Source: Yuukianura sp. NJ FZ-2021
Taxonomy: Eukaryota
Assembly: GCA_046563655.1 (NCBI GenBank)
Contig: CM102287.1
Coordinates: 2,232,001-2,296,000, forward strand
Reading direction: 5' to 3'
DNA length: 64,000 nt
The stretch's first letter is position 1. Each line of letters begins with the position of its first letter. The notes under the pieces were generated by a model. The model worked only from the letters and a program-made list of their open reading frames with translations, did no database searches and was not told where the DNA came from. Shown here one piece after another: positions 25,043 to 38,465 of this stretch. Made by a program: the position numbers and the translations under genes.

Positions 25043-27253
25043 ATGCGTCCTCGCATCATCATCCGCTGTCCACCGAAGAAGAAAGCGCAGTCCAAGGAGG
25101 GAGCTCAAGATGGAGCGAAGAAGGAGCCAGAGTGGATGCAGCTCGTGCCAGACCCCTTCAAGCGCAGAAACCACGAATACGTCCTCCCCATCCGCATCCC
25201 CATCTACCTCCGTCCCTTCAAGTAAGTCATTGACCTCTGACCTCAGTTCCACTGTGACCTTTGACCTTTCTGTTCCAGACTTGTGGCCTCTCTGTTTCGC
25301 TACCAGGGCGCACCTAGTTCCTCCCAAGGTGGTACCAAGCAGTTCCAAACCCTCATCGTTCCTCTCTGCATTTGTCCAGACATCATCTTCTACCTTTGCA
25401 ACTTTCTCGTCGCTGTAACTCCAAAACAACAAAAAACAACAATTAACTCAAAATACTAGTTCAAATCATGCTAACAATTACGCCACTTACTCAAAGATAC
25501 GCTTTAGTTCAACTTCCACTGTTCCTATTTTTGAGTAAGTGGCGTTATTTCCAAGTTGAACTGATGAAGTGGTTACTTTGAACTGTGTTTCCAGCCGATC
25601 GTTGGATACTTGTTGCTCACTGGGTGGTACTCTGTGGCCTTCCGAGAAATGGTGTTTAACGTCCTGCAGGAGGAAGTGATGGGGCCCTATTACTGCAATC
25701 CCAAGACCACCCCTGCAAGTCCACTGTTCGGCATCTACATCGACGCTGTGCGCCACCTTCTGCTCGCTCTCCTCATCGTTTATGTGGCTGTGATTGGGGT
25801 GGTGGGGCTCTACTGGGAAAACAAAGTGCTCCTCCTCATGGTAACTCCTCTCTCTTCTCAATATTCCACTTTGCTCAGTTGTTGTTTTCCAGTGGTTGGC
25901 CACTGCTCCCACGCTCTACATCGAGTACTTTCTGGGCTACACTGCCGAGAGTGCCTATCGCCTCGACGTCTGCTTCCTCGCCATCCACCAACTCCTCTTC
26001 TGCTTCTCCTCCGACATGAACCTCTACTGGACAAACAACCACACCCACTACAAGTATGGACCAGCCAGAGCAGTCGACCTCATCCAGAACAGTGTAAGAA
26101 ATACTTGAACAACATCTAAGCATGTCTTACGAATTGTGTTCGTTCCAGTTCGAGTGTTGCGGGGCTCGGGGTCCACTGGACTACAAAACGATAGAGCAAC
26201 TGCCCTCCTCCTGCATGAACCCCCTCTGGAACAACAACATCTACGCCCCCTCTGCACACAGTCCTACAAAAATAAAAACAACTCTTGACCTTTGACCTGG
26301 CAATGTAAAGTTCTGTTTTTTAGATTTGAGTGACAAGGATCTGTACCTGTACGTGAACACGGTGGGCTGTGGAGACAAGATGATTGAGCGATGCAAGGCC
26401 ATTCGCGGTCTCATGATCTACGGGATGCAAACTGTGTTCTTCTACCACACACTCTTGGCCTGTGTGGCTCTGGTGGCTCTGATCCTGTACTTTGCGATGC
26501 TCAGAACTGCTGCCATCCAGTCCCACACTTTCGGAGAGACTGTGCGCAAGTACACTTTCCCCACGAAGACCGTCCTCCCCCGCCGAGCAGTGGGTGACAA
26601 GTACAAGGACGGAAGGATGGAGCCGAGTCATTTGCTGCGTCTCCACCTCCAGACAGAGTTCATCAAGAACCACGGTGGAGAGGGTGATGGGTTGAGCAGT
26701 GAGCTTCCAGAAGAGGCGGAGCAGTTCGTGGATCAACTGAGGCAGAAGCTGGGGGTGGGGCAGGAGGACTTGGGTGTGGTTGGTGGGAGGAGACAAGATC
26801 CCACCGGAGGAGACGACTCGGCTGGAGACGATGCTTGTGGAGTTGACTTTTTGTATCGTCATGTGCAGGCCAAAGGTCAAGTTGAGCAGAAGGCGTCTGG
26901 CCTCATTGCAGCGAGTAGATCCAAGTTCCTGGTGGATCCCAAGGCCACCAAACTCCAGTCTCGTAAAGGCCCCCCACCCAAGGGTAAGCGCCCTTCCACA
27001 CTTTGAGTAACTCTTTACTTTTGTGTTTTAACTTTGTGTAGGAGTGAGTGGGAAGGAGGGTGACAAGGGCAGTGTGTGGAAGTGGGAGCAGAAGAAGCGA
27101 CTGGACGTCGGTGGGATCACATCCGAGGTCAAGGAATTGGCGGAGGCTGGTCGCAAAGAAAAGGACAACGCTCCAGCCTCAACTTCCAACAAAGACAAGG
27201 ATCGCAACAAACAACAACCGCCGAAGCAGCCACCTCCTGGCAAAGGGAAGTGA
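25043..27253 (+). CDS. Divergent tetraspanin with extended basic N- and C-terminal tails
   Basis: Hydrophobic segments plus EC2 motifs: IQNS|FECCGARGPLDY...LPSSC...VGCG, then a TM4-like segment and a ~230-aa tail. Confidence 0.7.
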
Positions 27254-27783
27254 CAAACTACTGTCTGTTCAAACGGAAAGTTCAATCCAATGTTGACCTT
27301 TGACCTTGTTTCGAGTTTTAGTTTACAAGTTGAAAAAAGAGCCTGTTTGGGACAACACAAACTCCAATAAAGTTGTTTCCAAAACAAGAGCCACTAATTA
27401 AGTACATTAATTAAACGGGAGCCTCTTCAAATGTTTTTGGTTCGAGTATTAAGAATATTGTGTGAATAAGAGAAGGATCGTGTCTCATTTTCCCCAGAGA
27501 CGCCAAGCCCATGGCGGGATTCATGTCACATTCAAACTTTCAAATTTCGAAAACAAAATTTCCCTCAGGATCTCACTAAACATCGGACTTTCGGATTCTT
27601 CAGACTACACGCTGCACAACTTCTTAGATATGGGTGGGTAAACGCGATGCTTGTGTAGCAAAGAAAAGTGCAGAATCCGACGTCTGAGTTTTAGTGAGAC
27701 CCCTTCCCTTCCAAATTGTTGAGACAACTTTCCGAAGTAATTATAATTTGTGAGTGAGGGATTAATTAATTAGATACTTTGTG

Positions 27784-29773
27784 ATGGATTCCATCATTGA
27801 GCAGCAGCGTCTGCAGCATGAGGAGAGGGAGCGACTCGTGGACACAATGGTCAAGGAGTTTCTGCACAAGAAGACTTCCGTAAGAAACAATTAACAAAGG
27901 ATGAAGAGAGTTGATAAGGAAGAATGATTTCCTTTTCCGTTGTAGCACCGGGATGTCATCAACTCTGACCACCGGACCAAGATGCTGCTCAACGTAAGTG
28001 ACTGGACCTGGACTCAAAGTGTGAAAGAGACTAATGGATTTCTCTTTTCAGCGCTACATGGACGTGACTGGGGCGTTGAAGGAGGGGTATAAAGACAAGG
28101 ATGGTCTCCGGAAGGAGGAGCTCAGGAACCTGAGTGGGCCCAACGAATTCAAAGAGTTCTACAGTCGCCTCTCCGCCATCCGCGACTTCCACCGTCTCCA
28201 CCCCACGGAGGTGTCTGTGCCCATGTCAGTGGAGTTTGAAGAGTACACGAAGATGCGAGAGTCCACGACTGAGGACTTTACGAACCTAGTTGCTTTTAAG
28301 GACGAGGAGGGATATGGGAAGTACTTGGATGTGCATGAGCACTTTGACAAGTACTTGAACCTCAAGGGAGTCCACAAAGTGGACTACATTGCCTACCTCT
28401 CCACGATGGACAGATTCGGGGACATTCCGAAGGAAAGGAAGGGGCTGGAGTACAGGAAGTACTTGGAGGGCCTTCTCCAGTACCTCTATGACTTCCTCTG
28501 CAAAATCAAGCCACTTGCCAACTTTGACGAGCTACTTGGGACGATTGCGAATGAATTTGAAGTGGAGTGGGAGCGTGGAGCCTGTGCTGGGTGGACGGTA
28601 GGAACGAACTATGAACACTTACAATATGTATTACCTACAATAATTATTGTTGTTTGATTTGCAGAGGGAGAGTCAGAGTGGGGCTCTGGCCCACACGGGG
28701 GCTCATCTGGACCTGTCTGCCTTCAACACTTGGGAGGAACTGGCTACACTGGGTCTGGACCGACTCAAGTCTGGACTCTTGGCACTTGGCCTCAAATGCG
28801 GAGGGTACTTTCCTATCAATCTTAACTTGTGCCCTCTACTAACTGGTCATTACTTGATAGGACTCTGGAGGAGCGTGCGAAGAGACTGTTTGGGACAAAG
28901 GGGAAGGGACTGGATGAAATAGAGCCTACTCTCTTTGCGAAACAGAAGACGAAAGGGAAGAGGGAGGATGGAGACAAGCACAAGGAAACTGCACTGCTCG
29001 AAGCACAGATCTCCAGGTCACTTTTCAACTAACCAATTCCCAATTCCAACGTCTTGATCACTTTGTCCTTCAACTTTAGACTGTGTGAGTTGCTGTCTGA
29101 GCAGAGGAGTGCTACGAAGGAGAACGTGACTCGGAAACAGGCTCGAACTGCGGGCGAGAAGGAAGAGTCGGAGGAGGAGGAGGTGGAGGAGGAGTCGGAG
29201 GAAGAGGATGACGATGACATTCCCTACAACCCCAAGAACCTTCCGCTCGGGTGGGATGGCAAGGTAAGAACTGGAATGTAGTGGAATGTGCTGGCCTAAT
29301 CAAGTATTTCTCTAGCCCATTCCGTACTGGCTGTACAAACTGCATGGACTCAACATCAGCTACAACTGCGAGATCTGTGGGAACTTTACGTACAAGGGGC
29401 CGAAGGCGTTCCAGCGTCACTTTGCCGTAAGTGAAGCGAAAGAGAGAAAAGTGTTATAAAGTGAAATTAACTGTTTATTGAATTGCAGGAGTGGAGACAT
29501 GCTCATGGCATGCGCTGTCTGGGTATCCCTAACACTGCTCACTTTGCCAATGTCACTCAGATCGAAGATGCCCTTGGACGTAAGTTGGAAATAGTCAAAA
29601 GTTACAAGAGTGACAAGTGACCTCTTATTTTGTTGTTAGTGTGGGACAAACTGAAGGGGCAGAAGAGTGCTGAAAGGTGGATGCCTGAACAAGAGGAAGA
29701 GTACGAGGACTCCATGGGGAATGTCGTCAACAAAAAGACGTTTGAAGATCTCAAGCGACAAGGGCTTCTCTAA
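27784..29773 (+). CDS. SF3A3: Splicing factor 3A subunit 3 (Prp9/noisette)
   Basis: [86 protein letters not shown]. Confidence 0.97.
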
Positions 29774-29962
29774 AGTTAACCTAACCAGGCTCATCCCTAA
29801 CTTTTTCCTAACTTTAAACTTTGAACAATGTAACTTTCCTATTCTCTATGTTACAATATACAAATGTGGACTAATTCCAGAGAGAGTCCTCAGAGTGGAG
29901 CCAAGAGGGGGACTTAAGGAATACAAAATAAAGATGGTTAGATGCTTACTGGAGTTGGAGTG

Positions 29963-31536
29963 TTAGATTTTCTTCCAGGAGTAGTACATTTCCAGTGGTT
30001 TGTTGAATCTCCAGAACTTCTCACAAACTTGTGCCAACGTGTGGTTCTGCGGGATGGTCGTGAAGGATCCGCCTGTGGGTGACACGTAGATTGTGCAAGT
30101 GTGGAGATGAGCAGGAGTATCAAGATGCGAATCCAGAGCCAGCCGCATGCCCAAGTATCTCGCCAAATGCTCCACCTATCCAACAAGCGTTATTTTCACT
30201 TTTTACCATATTTCAAGTCATTTTCAATTCTTTCCCGCAAAAAATAGGAAGTGTGCATTGCATTTCGGTTGGTTTAAATGAAATTTTACATGATTGCAAA
30301 ATGTAGAAATGGATCTTACTGAGGCATTTGCGGTTGTCTTGATGTAGCGTGTTTGGTTCTGTGCTGTGGCCAAGGCAGCAGCACTCGTTCCACTGATCAT
30401 GTCTGGATGTGGTTTGAACACGAGTTCAACTTCAGTCACTTCCTCCGAGTAACCTGCAGTTTCCAAATTCAAGTTAAAGTTAAAAATCAAAGTAAGTCGG
30501 AACTTACATGAAGTGTTGGATGAGTTATCGACGGCTGATTCTGTTCTGCTCATTTTGGCTGGGCTGGGGACGACGTGGCTGTTGGAGGGCGTGTTTGGTC
30601 CGAGTGCAGAAGTGCCTCCCAGTCCTTGCGGAGTGCTTGGCACAATGGGCAGTACATTGGGTGGCGGTGTTGTGCTGGAGGAGTTTGGTGGGTTGGAGGG
30701 AATCGTTCCGTCAGTGTCTCCATTCCCCTTGTGCACTTTGATTTTCTTGTGGTGGCTTGACTGGGCTCGCAGCCCTTCTTCAATGGAGGATGCAAGTGCG
30801 AGTTGGTTGTGGGACTTGGACAACCTTGCCATTGCCTTCTGCTGCTGCAATTCGTACTCATCCCTGCCAAATAATCACAATTTAACAAAAATGGAATAAA
30901 AGAGAAAGGAAAGTGGAAAAGTACCTCGACGGGTAGATTTTGGAGATGAGTTGGTCAAAGTTGGGGTCATGACGAAGTGACCTCTTGGAGGCGAGTTTCT
31001 TCCTGCATGTGGGACACTCCTTGTTGCCGGACCGAAGAGCTGTGACGATACACTCTGAGCAGAATCTGTGGAGACACTCTTTCGTCGTCATCGTGTTGTG
31101 GAGCATGTCGAGACAGATGGGACACATCAATTCCGAGTGAAGGGCCCTCGGAGAGACTGCAATTTCGGACCCATCCGTCACTGCCTCTTGTGGCGTTCTG
31201 TGCAGTTCGTAGTCCTATCATGCCAAAACAATAAGTGGATCAGAAATCAATGGAGATTAGAATGTCTTACGCTCAGTTCCCATGTCTTGGCTGTGTTGAC
31301 TGGTGGGACAGGAGTGGTGGTGGCCAAGCTGCTTACATTCCTCCCTCCAAGTCCACCGGCAGTATTCGTGGGTGTAGTCGTCACTCCTGTCTGTGATGGT
31401 GCAGTATTTGCCTAAACACAAATCAAACATCACTTGACAATCAGTCTTTTTTCATGGCATCTGCCATATAACTTAGAGTAACGATATTCTGATCAGTAGA
31501 GGATACAAAACTTACCCCAGCCATTGGCATTTTCAT
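29963..31536 (-). CDS. RNF2: RING1/Sce PRC1 E3 ligase (RING + RAWUL)
   Basis: [83 protein letters not shown]. Confidence 0.96.
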
Positions 31537-32169
31537 TGGAGTCCACACTCCCTCCCTTCCCACGCACTTGTGACCTCAGCCGATTCTCTAACTCGACCCT
31601 TAATTAGTAATCTGACCTCCTAATAATCCCACTGTGAAGGACCAATCCCTTTGTTTTGTTCCCTTCTTTTGTCCCTCCCGCGTCCTCAGGTTCTTCTAAA
31701 ATGCACTCAGCAAACAACGATCACAACAATCGTCTTCTGCAAGGAAATCCTAGGTACTTTACTATCATGTAATTCTTCTCAGTCTCGTGTACTTGTCTAT
31801 TTATTCAATGACCATACAATGAATACGAAAAAGTAATATTTCACAAACTCAATATAATCAAAATGCTAATTTCACTTTGAAACGAACAGCTCAGTGCTTT
31901 CCAAATTACTAATACATTCTTGAAGCCCAACTGTGCCAGCGTGTGAGTCCCAATGTGTAATGAAGGTGAGGTTTGACTCAAACCCCTGCCCAGTCCCATA
32001 CCCAGTCTATGCCATACGTCATAATAATAGACACACGAAAATTAGCAAAGACAAAATCGCATGTTGCGCAGCAACGCGATTAAAGACTATGACAGCGTCA
32101 CCAAGCATAGTTGCCCATTAGGATGGTTATTGATGCTGTGATTATTTCTAGAAATTTGCAGCCTACCAA

Positions 32170-35100
32170 AGGGAAAGGGTCACGGGCTACAAAGCTATGA
32201 ATGTCGCCATTTGATCTTATGACGACCGCATGCAAGTAGCATATCGTTGGAAAGGGCTTGACTTCCTGATTCAGAAAATGTATATATGTTGCTATGTGTG
32301 ACGTAAGACATGGCTACTCTGGAGATTTACAATTTTTGTATAGAAAAGTCCATAAGGAGGAGTTTGCCGAAGTTGTTTTTTGACAAAACTAAATGAGAAC
32401 GTTACTTTTTTCGAAATGAATAAAATTCGAAGCAATTGTCAGGGAAGATGTTGTGATGATTTGTACCAATTTTCAGCCCTCCAGAAGCAAAGGGTAAAGT
32501 GTGACGGGGGTACAAATGACGTCATTTGATCTTATGACGACCGCATGCAAGTAGCATATCGTTGGAAAGGGCTTGACTTCCTGATTCAGAAAATGTATAT
32601 ATGTTGCTATGTGTGACGTAAGACATGGCTACTCTGGAGATTTACAATTTTTGTATAGAAAAGTCCATAAGGAGGAGTTTGCCGAAGTTGTTTTTTGACA
32701 AAACTAAATGAGAACGTTACTTTTTTCGAAATGAATAAAATTCGAAGCAATTGTCAGGGAAGATGTTGTGATGATTTGTACCAATTTTCAGCCCTCCAGA
32801 AGCAAAGGGTAAAGTGTGACGGGGTACAAATGACGTCATTTGATCTTATGACGACCGCATGCAAGTAGCATATCGTTGGAAAGGGCTTGACTTCCTGATT
32901 CAGAAAATGTATATATGTTGCTATGTGTGACGTAAGACATGGCTACTCTGGAGATTTACAATTTTTGTATAGAAAAGTCCATAAGGAGGAGTTTGCCGAA
33001 GTTGTTTTTTGACAAAACTAAATGAGAACGTTACTTTTTTCGAAATGAATAAAATTCGAAGCAATTGTCAGGGAAGATGTTGGGATGATTTGTACCAATT
33101 TTCAGCCCTCCAGAAGCAAAGGGTAAAGTGTGACGGGGGTACAAATGACGTCATTTGATCTTATGACGACCGCATGCAAGTAGCATATCGTTGGAAAGGG
33201 CTTGACTTCCTGATTCAGAAAATGTATATATGTTGCTATGTGTGACGTAAGACATGGCTACTCTGGAGATTTACAATTTTTGTATAGAAAAGTCCATAAG
33301 GAGGAGTTTGCCGAAGTTGTTTTTTGACAAAACTAAATGAGAACGTTACTTTTTTTCGAAATGAATAAAATTCGAAGCAATTGTCAGGGAAGATGTTGGG
33401 ATGATTTGTACCAATTTTCAGCCCTCCAGAAGCAAAGGGTAAAGTGTGACGGGGGTACAAATGACGTCATTTGATCTTATGACGACCGCATGCAAGTAGC
33501 ATATCGTTGGAAAGGGCTTGACTTCCTGATTCAGAAAATGTATATATGTTGCTATGTGTGACGTAAGACATGGCTACTCTGGAGATTTACAATTTTTGTA
33601 TAGAAAAGTCCATAAGGAGGAGTTTGCCGAAGTTGTTTTTTGACAAAACTAAATGAGAACGTTACTTTTTTCGAAATGAATAAAATTCGAAGCAATTGTC
33701 AGGGAAGATGTTGTGATGATTTGTACCAATTTTCAGCCCTCCAGAAGCAAAGGGTAAAGTGTGACGGGGGTACAAATGACGTCATTTGATCTTATGACGA
33801 CCGCATGCAAGTAGCATATCGTTGGAAAGGGCTTGACTTCCTGATTCAGAAAATGTATATATGTTGCTATGTGTGACGTAAGACATGGCTACTCTGGAGA
33901 TTTACAGTTTTTGTATAGAAAAGTCCATAAGGAGGAGTTTGCCGAAGTTGTTTTTTGACAAAACTAAATGAGAACGTTACTTTTTTCGAAATGAATAAAA
34001 TTCGAAGCAATTGTCAGGGAAGATGTTGGGATGATTTGTACCAATTTTCAGCCCTCCAGAAGCAAAGGGTAAAGTGTGACGGGGGTACAAATGACGTCAT
34101 TTGATCTTATGACGACCGCATGCAAGTAGCATATCGTTGGAAAGGGCTTGACTTCCTGATTCAGAAAATGTATATATGTTGCTATGTGTGACGTAAGACA
34201 TGGCTACTCTGGAGATTTACAATTTTTGTATAGAAAAGTCCATAAGGAGGAGTTTGCCGAAGTTGTTTTTTGACAAAACTAAATGAGAACGTTACTTTTT
34301 TCGAAATGAATAAAATTCGAAGCAATTGTCAGGGAAGATGTTGGGATGATTTGTACCAATTTTCAGCCCTCCAGAAGCAAAGGGTAAAGTGTGACGGGGT
34401 ACAAATGACGTCATTTGATCTTATGACGACCGCATGCAAGTAGCATATCGTTGGAAAGGGCTTGACTTCCTGATTCAGAAAATGTATATATGTTGCTATG
34501 TGTGACGTAAGACATGGCTACTCTGGAGATTTACAATTTTTGTATAGAAAAGTCCATAAGGAGGAGTTTGCCGAAGTTGTTTTTTGACAAAACTAAATGA
34601 GAACGTTACTTTTTTCGAAATGAATAAAATTCGAAGCAATTGTCAGGGAAGATGTTGGGATGATTTGTACCAATTTTCAGCCCTCCAGAAGCAAAGGGTA
34701 AAGTGTGACGGGGGTACAAATGACGTCATTTGATCTTATGACGACCGCATGCAAGTAGCATATCGTTGGAAAGGGCTTGACTTCCTGATTCAGAAAATGT
34801 ATATATGTTGCTATGTGTGACGTAAGACATGGCTACTCTGGAGATTTACAATTTTTGTATAGAAAAGTCCATAAGGAGGAGTTTGCCGAAGTTGTTTTTT
34901 GACAAAACTAAATGAGAACGTTACTTTTTTCGAAATGAATAAAATTCGAAGCAATTGTCAGGGAAGATGTTGTGATGAATTGTACCAATTTTCAGCCCTC
35001 CAGAAGCAAAGGGTAAAGTGTGACGGGGGTACAAATGACGTCATTTGATCTTATGACGACCGCATGCAAGTAGCATATCGTTGGAAAGGGCTTGACTTCC

Positions 35101-37660
35101 TGATTCAGAAAATGTATATATGTTGCTATGTGTGACGTAAGACATGGCTACTCTGGAGATTTACAATTTTTGTATAGAAAAGTCCATAAGGAGGAGTTTG
35201 CCGAAGTTGTTTTTTGACAAAACTAAATGAGAACGTTACTTTTTTCGAAATGAATAAAATTCGAAGCAATTGTCAGGGAAGATGTTGTGATGAATTGTAC
35301 CAATTTTCAGCCCTCCAGAAGCAAAGGGTAAAGTGTGACGGGGGTACAAATGACGTCATTTGATCTTATGACGACCGCATGCAAGTAGCATATCGTTGGA
35401 AAGGGCTTGACTTCCTGATTCAGAAAATGTATATATGTTGCTATGTGTGACGTAAGACATGGCTACTCTGGAGATTTACAATTTTTGTATAGAAAAGTCC
35501 ATAAGGAGGAGTTTGCCGAAGTTGTTTTTTGACAAAACTAAATGAGAACGTTACTTTTTTCGAAATGAATAAAATTCGAAGCAATTGTCAGGGAAGATGT
35601 TGGGATGATTTGTACCAATTTTCAGCCCTCCAGAAGCAAAGGGTAAAGTGTGACGGGGGTACAAATGACGTCATTTGATCTTATGACGACCGCATGCAAG
35701 TAGCATATCGTTGGAAAGGGCTTGACTTCCTGATTCAGAAAATGTATATATGTTGCTATGTGTGACGTAAGACATGGCTACTCTGGAGATTTACAATTTT
35801 TGTATAGAAAAGTCCATAAGGAGGAGTTTGCCGAAGTTGTTTTTTGACAAAACTAAATGAGAACGTTACTTTTTTCGAAATGAATAAAATTCGAAGCAAT
35901 TGTCAGGGAAGATGTTGTGATGAATTGTACCAATTTTCAGCCCTCCAGAAGCAAAGGGTAAAGTGTGACGGGGGTACAAATGACGTCATTTGATCTTATG
36001 ACGACCGCATGCAAGTAGCATATCGTTGGAAAGGGCTTGACTTCCTGATTCAGAAAATGTATATATGTTGCTATGTGTGACGTAAGACATGGCTACTCTG
36101 GAGATTTACAATTTTTGTATAGAAAAGTCCATAAGGAGGAGTTTGCCGAAGTTGTTTTTTGACAAAACTAAATGAGAACGTTACTTTTTTCGAAATGAAT
36201 AAAATTCGAAGCAATTGTCAGGGAAGATGTTGGAATGATTTGTACCAATTTTCAGCCCTCCAGAAGCAAAGGGTAAAGTGTGACGGGGGTACAAATGACG
36301 TCATTTGATCTTATGACGACCGCATGCACGTAGCATATCGTTGGAAAGGGCTTGACTTCCTGATTCAGAAAATGTATATATGTTGCTATGTGTGACGTAA
36401 GACATGGCTACTCTGGAGATTTACAATTTTTGTATAGAAAAGTCCTTAAGGAGGAGTTTGCCGAAGTTGTTTTTTGACAAAACTAAATGAGAACGTTACT
36501 TTTTTCGAAATGAATAAAATTCGAAGCAATTGTCAGGGAAGATGTTGGGATGATTTGTACCAATTTTCAGCCCTCCAGAAGCAAAGGGTAAAGTGTGACG
36601 GGGGTACAAATGACGTCATTTGATCTTATGACGACCGCATGCAAGTAGCATATCGTTGGAAAGGGCTTGACTTCCTGATTCAGAAATTGTATATATGTTG
36701 CTATGTGTGACGTAAGACATGGCTACTCTGGAGATTTACAATTTTTGTATAGAAAAGTCCATAAGGAGGAGTTTGCCGAAGTTGTTTTTTGACAAAACTA
36801 AATGAGAACGTTACTTTTTTCGAAATGAATAAAATTCGAAGCAATTGTCAGGGAAGATGTTGTGATGATTTGTACCAATTTTCAGCCCTCCAGAAGCAAA
36901 GGGTAAAGTGTGACGGGGGTACAAATGACGTCATTTGATCTTATGACGACCGCATGCAAGTAGCATATCGTTGGAAAGGGCTTGACTTCCTGATTCAGAA
37001 AATGTATATATGTTGCTATGTGTGACGTAAGACATGGCTACTCTGGAGATTTACAATTTTTGTATAGAAAAGTCCATAAGGAGGAGTTTGCCGAAGTTGT
37101 TTTTTGACAAAACTAAATGAGAACGTTACTTTTTTCGAAATGAATAAAATTCGAAGCAATTGTCAGGGAAGATGTTGTGATGATTTGTACCAATTTTCAG
37201 CCCTCCAGAAGCAAAGGGTAAAGTGTGACGGGGTACAAATGACGTCATTTGATCTTATGACGACCGCATGCAAGTAGCATATCGTTGGAAAGGGCTTGAC
37301 TTCCTGATTCAGAAAATGTATATATGTTGCTATGTGTGACGTAAGACATGGCTACTGTAGAGATCTAAAGTATTTGTATAGAAAAGGCCATAAGGAGGAG
37401 TTTGCCAGAAATTGTTTTGGACAAACCAAAATGAAAACACTATTTTTCTCGAAATGAATTAAAATTGAAGCAATTGTCAGGGAAGATGATGTGATCATTT
37501 GTACCAATTTTTAGCCCTCCAGAAGCAAAGGGTAAAGTGTGACGGGGGTTCAAATGTTGCCATTTGATCTTATGACGACCTCATGCAAGTAGCATATCGT
37601 TGGAAAGGGCTTGACTTCCTGATTCAGAAAATGTATATATGTTGCTATGTGTGATGTGAG
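32170..37660. repeat. ~315-bp tandem satellite, 17 full copies plus a partial one; internal copies nearly identical, terminal copy diverged
   Basis: The anchor TTGATCTTATGACGACC recurs at 32211, 32526, 32840, 33155, 33471 ... 37564. Confidence 0.98.
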
Positions 37661-37720
37661 ACAACAAAGTTACGGCACAGTAACGAATGGAAAATTGATT
37701 GGAAAAAGTTTGGGCTAAAA

Positions 37721-38130
37721 CTAGACGAAGTTAGCACCTGCTGCGGTGCGAGTGATGATACACGACCAAAAAGTGACATTTAATGTTTTCATGGTAAAGG
37801 TGATAACACACGACGAAAAAAAGTGACAATAAATTTTTTCATGGTAATGGTGATGGCACACGTCGAAAGAGTTGGCATAGAATATTTTCATAGTAAAAGT
37901 GATGATACACGACAAAAAAGTTGGCATTTAGGTTTAGCATTAACTGATAAAAATTCAACTGTAATTCAATTGAAGTGGTTGTGTTGATAAAAGTTCAACT
38001 CTATTCCAACTTTAGGAATTAATTGAATTGACAAAATTAAACAAAAATCAAATTTTTGGAAGTAGTTGAATTGATAAAAATTCAACCGTAATCCAACATT
38101 AGGAAGTAGTTGAATTGGTTGAAAACTCAA
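37721..38130 (-). mobile_element. Helitron-like non-autonomous element: 3' end at 37721 plus internal degenerate minisatellites; 5' end not identified
   Basis: Minus strand reads GCACC-GCAGCA-GGTGC hairpin, 9 nt, CTAG, then T. Next to it are ~50-bp GTGATGATACACGAC units and TGATAAAAATTCAAC units. Confidence 0.5.
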
Positions 38131-38465
38131 GTGGATTTTAATTTCGGAAAGCGATTGAGGGCAAAGCCATGCTCGGAGGTTGCGGCACCCATGTTCCCCT
38201 CACTTGCGAGTCGCAGCCTGCGAGTGGCAGAAGTTGCTAATTGTGCCATTTGTCCAACACTGTTAGCCGGCACATTGGATTATCCCCTGTTTGTTTACAA
38301 TCTGAGAGGAACATTTGTTAATTTAACTACTAGTAATTGGGATTACGATTAATTAACTGAAGTAACAATTGTTGTGATGTTGCGAAGTGGAAGCGGATGA
38401 AGATACAGGTTCCCAGCAGTCACTCAACAGTTGAACATCCTCAATTCCTTTGTAAGTATCAAACC

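Noticed and set aside
33236..33460. 74-aa ORF within the 315-bp satellite
   Set aside because: Created by a 1-nt homopolymer difference in a single unit.
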